A stretch of 64,000 nt of DNA from Stylophora pistillata (taxonomy: Eukaryota): assembly GCF_002571385.2 (NCBI RefSeq), contig NW_019218185.1, positions 1-64,000 of the forward strand, given 5' to 3'. The translations under genes were made by a program, and so were the position numbers. Under the pieces are notes generated by a model, which did no database searches, had not been told where the DNA came from, and worked only from the letters and a program-made list of their open reading frames with translations. Below are positions 60,801 to 64,000 of the stretch, piece by piece (the stretch's first letter is position 1; the number at the start of each line of letters is the position of its first letter).

Positions 60801-62740
60801 AACCCTTGTATTAGGTTAGTTCTGTACTTGAACTGAGTGAGCCATGTAGCTGGAGCCTGCATCCTGGTTTCTATGGCCTGAAGTGACTAGGAAATATAAT
60901 ACTACTACCCAACCTCTCCCCCTGGATGGGATAGCAGTCCATCACAAAGTTATCTTGCCTTCTTCCCCCCTCCCCCAGGCTACTCTGACAGTTTGCCAAT
61001 ACCCATGTATACTCCTGGATGGAGAGAGGTTCTGTGAGAGCTAAGTGTTTGGCCCATTAGAGCACAACACAAAGACCCAGCCAGTTATTGGACCCAGACC
61101 CCTCGACCAGTGGACTCCAACGCATTAACCATTAGACTAACTCCTACAGCTGCCCAATCATGAGGTATCGGTACGATGAAACCAGCATTGGGATGTTTGT
61201 CTATCGTAGAGGTGCTAATCTACATGTATTTATTCTCTGTGGTGGAAAGAGAAACTGGGATTTAAGAGACTTTGCCAAGAGCACAGATCCCAGCCAAGTC
61301 TTGCAACCCACACCTTTGATCTGCTTGCCAATGTGCCTATTTCAAGGCTCCCATGCATGTACAACCATGTTCAGGTGCAAAGATATCACATGATTGTTGA
61401 TATTATGGCAAGCAGCGATAGAAGAGTGAAAGTAACTGTTAAGTTCAAGAGAGGATATGACACCATCATCAAACTACTTCTTACTGACAACTACCAACAT
61501 ATGATGCTCCTTTCAATCAACATTTTTTTTCTCTAGGCAGCTGATGAATTCTGAAAAATGCAATACAACTTACTTCAAACAATGCCACCTGAGATCTTGC
61601 AAGTATTACCTCTGTAGATTCATCTTCTTTATTCTGGAAGAAGAAAATTGAAAAGAAATATAATTATAAAACCATTAATAACAACATTGTAATTTATCTC
61701 TGTGGATATCATGACGCTTATAGAAACTGACCAATCAAGAGGGCACTATTTAACAAACATAAGGTAAATTTCACATTGTCATGCATCTGTTCAATAGCTC
61801 ACAGAAGACATCAAAATGTAGTAAGAACAAAAAGTGGCACATGAGACATAACTTAGTGTGTCCCTGATGTTATCACCTTTTTTTTTGATGTGTGCTTTGA
61901 TCTATTAATATACAGACCTACATCAACATGGAATCTATTTGTTTTATATGATAAAAAAGCATCAAGTTGTTAAATGTGATGTTAACAATGTGTCTGTCCT
62001 CCAATAAATAGATCATGAGTGAGAGCCAATCAAATGCATGTAAAATTCAACTTATCATATGAAAAGTTTTTGCACAGTATGGGTTGAATTAGAGAGGACT
62101 TTTTGCTTCTCTTTGTCCCGTGGGTGTATGTACCTCTTGATCCAAGAGCAGTTTTTAATTTGTCCAAGCAATGTACCTCGTCTTCTAAAAATTTGTTTCT
62201 TGTACACTTTATGAGAAGTCTTTCAGTTTCTAGTCCAGTGCCACTTAAGTATTGCATTACCTGAATAGTGTCCAAATTGGGACGAAATTTTGCTCTCTTT
62301 TCATCCCTGACAAGATCCTCTATCAAGTCTGTATCAATGCAAAATAAAGGGAAAAAACTTTAATACGTGGTGAAGCACACATCAATGGATCGACAAGAAA
62401 ACTAAGACAGCGCTCGATCATCATCAAAGCAAAGTAAAGCAAATTATGATCATGAACCACTAAAACTTAACGCAACTAGTGCTTGCCTGATATATTTTCT
62501 GGCTTCTCTTCCAAGACCTTTCTAATCACAGTTGCAAGATGGTCGTAGCTACATAAAAAAGAAGACAAAATAAGACTTTATCTATGGTGTTTATGTTTGA
62601 AACAACTCTTCACACGAGACCTCAAAATATAGTACTTACACATTTAGATTCGAATGTAAACTTGTTTTCAGCAAGAAGGCCTTGGCATTTTGAAAATCAC
62701 TGTCTAAATCACTGCTTCCAGATTCACTTGGACTATCCAT
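54899..62740 (-). CDS. RSPH4A: Radial spoke head protein 4/6 homolog, 533 aa
   Basis: Exons: 62740-62640, 62548-62487 (GC donor), 62328-62261, 61633-61574, 60772-60562, 60425-60316, 59719-59689, 59019-58903, 58327-58230, 58046-57905, 57596-57487, 56846-56702, 56013-55896, 55127-54899. Motifs: [55 protein letters not shown]. Confidence 0.93.
55295..55508. mobile_element. TTAA-flanked MITE (piggyBac-like ends); related copies near 13280-13480, 46340-46470, 52950-53090, 53615-53790 and 58720-58865
   Basis: TTAACCCTTTAACTCCCAT...ATGGGAATTAAAGGGGGTTAA, with a shared internal ggagaatttg...attctcattacctgtttg. Confidence 0.7.
55534..55777. mobile_element. MITE with TTGTTCAAAG/CTTTGAACAA subterminal inverted repeats
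   Basis: cagggctgcattgttcaaagc...gtctttgaacaactgggtccag, with internal aacccagggtt palindromes. Confidence 0.6.
56075..56522. mobile_element. Insertion with about 95-bp inverted arms and a 12-bp direct repeat flank
   Basis: Arms at about 56072-56167 and 56400-56496. ACATTTATAATT occurs at 56063-56074 and 56523-56534. Confidence 0.75.
56905..57140 (+). mobile_element. RTE-class LINE 3' remnant
   Basis: Decayed frame containing RWIGHTLRK, typical of the RTE ORF C-terminus. Confidence 0.5.
57196..57295 (+). mobile_element. About 100-bp Penelope-type mini-element with hammerhead-like core and 14-bp TSD
   Basis: Flanked by AACTTACTTACATT at 57182-57195 and 57296-57309. Core CCGACGA-AGGGCTAACGCTC-GAAACGTC. 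Confidence 0.8.
59925..60148 (-). mobile_element. SINE copy
   Basis: Same core as 21150-21410. The tRNA-like end gtagggtggcctggtagttagtgcactc reads on the minus strand. Confidence 0.7.
60850..61140 (-). mobile_element. SINE copy
   Basis: Same core as 21150-21410 and 59925-60148. Confidence 0.7.
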
Positions 62741-62839
62741 GGTCTTTTTGATATTTGAAAAAGAAATAATCACCGATATATCTCGTAGTCTCGTACGCTC
62801 AGGCTTAATCGGCCGCCATCTCTGCCATCTAGGGTTTTT

Positions 62840-62853
62840 GTGACCATAGCAAC
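62840..62853. promoter_or_regulatory. RFX X-box upstream of the radial spoke gene
   Basis: GTGACCATAGCAAC matches the GTNRCC-AT-RGYAAC consensus, 100 bp upstream of a ciliary gene ATG. Confidence 0.75.
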
Positions 62854-63100
62854 CATTTTGATTATAAGTCAATACTTATTCGAGATTCTTCGGAGTGTGT
62901 GACGATCGCCGAACGGCCGGAAATTTGCAGTCGATGAATTATCGGAACTCCTTACCACTCCTTTTACTGCTTAGACATCCGAGAAGACTCATGACATGTT
63001 TACAATTTTAGGCATTACTCAAAAATTATGTGGTGGGAAAGAATGGAATTTTCTTTTCGAAATATTTGAAGCAACAAACCTGCCTTGATCATCAACGAGA

Positions 63101-63212
63101 ATGAAGATGCCCTTCTTAGGAAAGTACTTCGTAAAGAAGAAAGGGAAAGGAGGCAAAGAACGGCTGCAAGGCAAATACAAGAAGCGTGAAAACACAACTG
63201 AAATTCTTGAAG
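63101..63212 (+). CDS. Possible first coding exon of an unidentified gene divergent from RSPH4/6
   Basis: ATG-initiated open frame MKMPFLGKYFVKKKGKGGKERLQGKYKKRENTTEILE ends at AG|GTACGT. No family recognised. Confidence 0.3.
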
Positions 63213-64000
63213 GTACGTTATCAAATCCGCTTTTCCGATGGGAATGTGTTATCGCGTAGTTTTATCCTTCTTATTGGGAAAGATCACCAAATGACGTTGC
63301 ATAGCATTTGCAAGGAACGTTGCTGATTTTCGGGTCGTTATTTATTCCAATCATGTGTTCATTTCGATCGTACTCTGGAAAAAGTAAACCGCCCCAGGCA
63401 ATTTGGACCATTCAATTCTGATTCGAGTGTATCACATACTCGAAATTGTTGTTTCAGGAAAATATCTCTTGATTCGCTTGTTTACATCAGAAGATAGCGA
63501 TCTTGCAGCTGTGTTATTTTATATAAGTCAAATATTTTCAATTGAAGAAATGAGTTTTCTCTTAAAAATGTCGAGATGTCGTACCCACTGTTTCTCAGTG
63601 GCATTTTTGTTAAAAAATTGATTTATCGCACGGCATGCTTTTTTGAATTCTTTGAATAGCTCTTCTTTCAGCTTTGTTAGAACCATTGCGATAAAGAAAA
63701 GATGAGATAACAGTTAATCACTGAAAGAAAGGTTGAATTTTAAGTTTGAGTCTCAGAGTCACTGCTATCTAGTATATATTGGTCTGATGAATCAATATTT
63801 TTTTACACTGTAGTCATCGCGGCAATTTCAATGTTAGAGAAATGACTAAAATACTATGATATTGCTTCTTAATTTAATCAATACAGTATTAACTTGTTGG
63901 CGTGAGGCAGTCATTTAGATGATTTTCTAATGCTTTGGAATCTGACATTAAATTGCTCTTGTAACATTAAGCCTGAAAAAATCCTTTTTATACTAATTGA

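Overview
AT-rich, intron-containing animal DNA. The repeat families and gene content suggest a stony coral or other anthozoan (inference). In order, the window holds: a decayed HEPN(DZIP3-like)-coil-TPR gene (-); a 618-N gap flanked by two hairpin MITEs; a canonical TRIM9/TRIM67-like E3 ligase (-, 7 exons) head-to-head with a 16-exon paralog (+) whose C-terminus has THREE tandem FN3-SPRY modules; two inverted intronless class A GPCR paralogs; an intronless COPS2 ORF (-) that appears to be the last exon of a 5'TOP-like transcript whose non-coding introns hold two SNORD2/snR39B-like C/D snoRNAs; an intronless F-box/LRR gene (+); eIF4A3 (+, 13 exons); RSPH4/6 (-, 14 exons, RFX box); and a possible first exon at the right edge. 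The strongest candidates for undescribed biology are the triple FN3-SPRY TRIM, the snoRNA-host/COPS2 chimeric unit, and TSD-flanked mini-elements with hammerhead-like cores. Three conserved genes carry single-base lesions (RING Cys>Trp, two in-frame stops), which may be assembly errors. All exon coordinates were read by hand from splice signals and frame.
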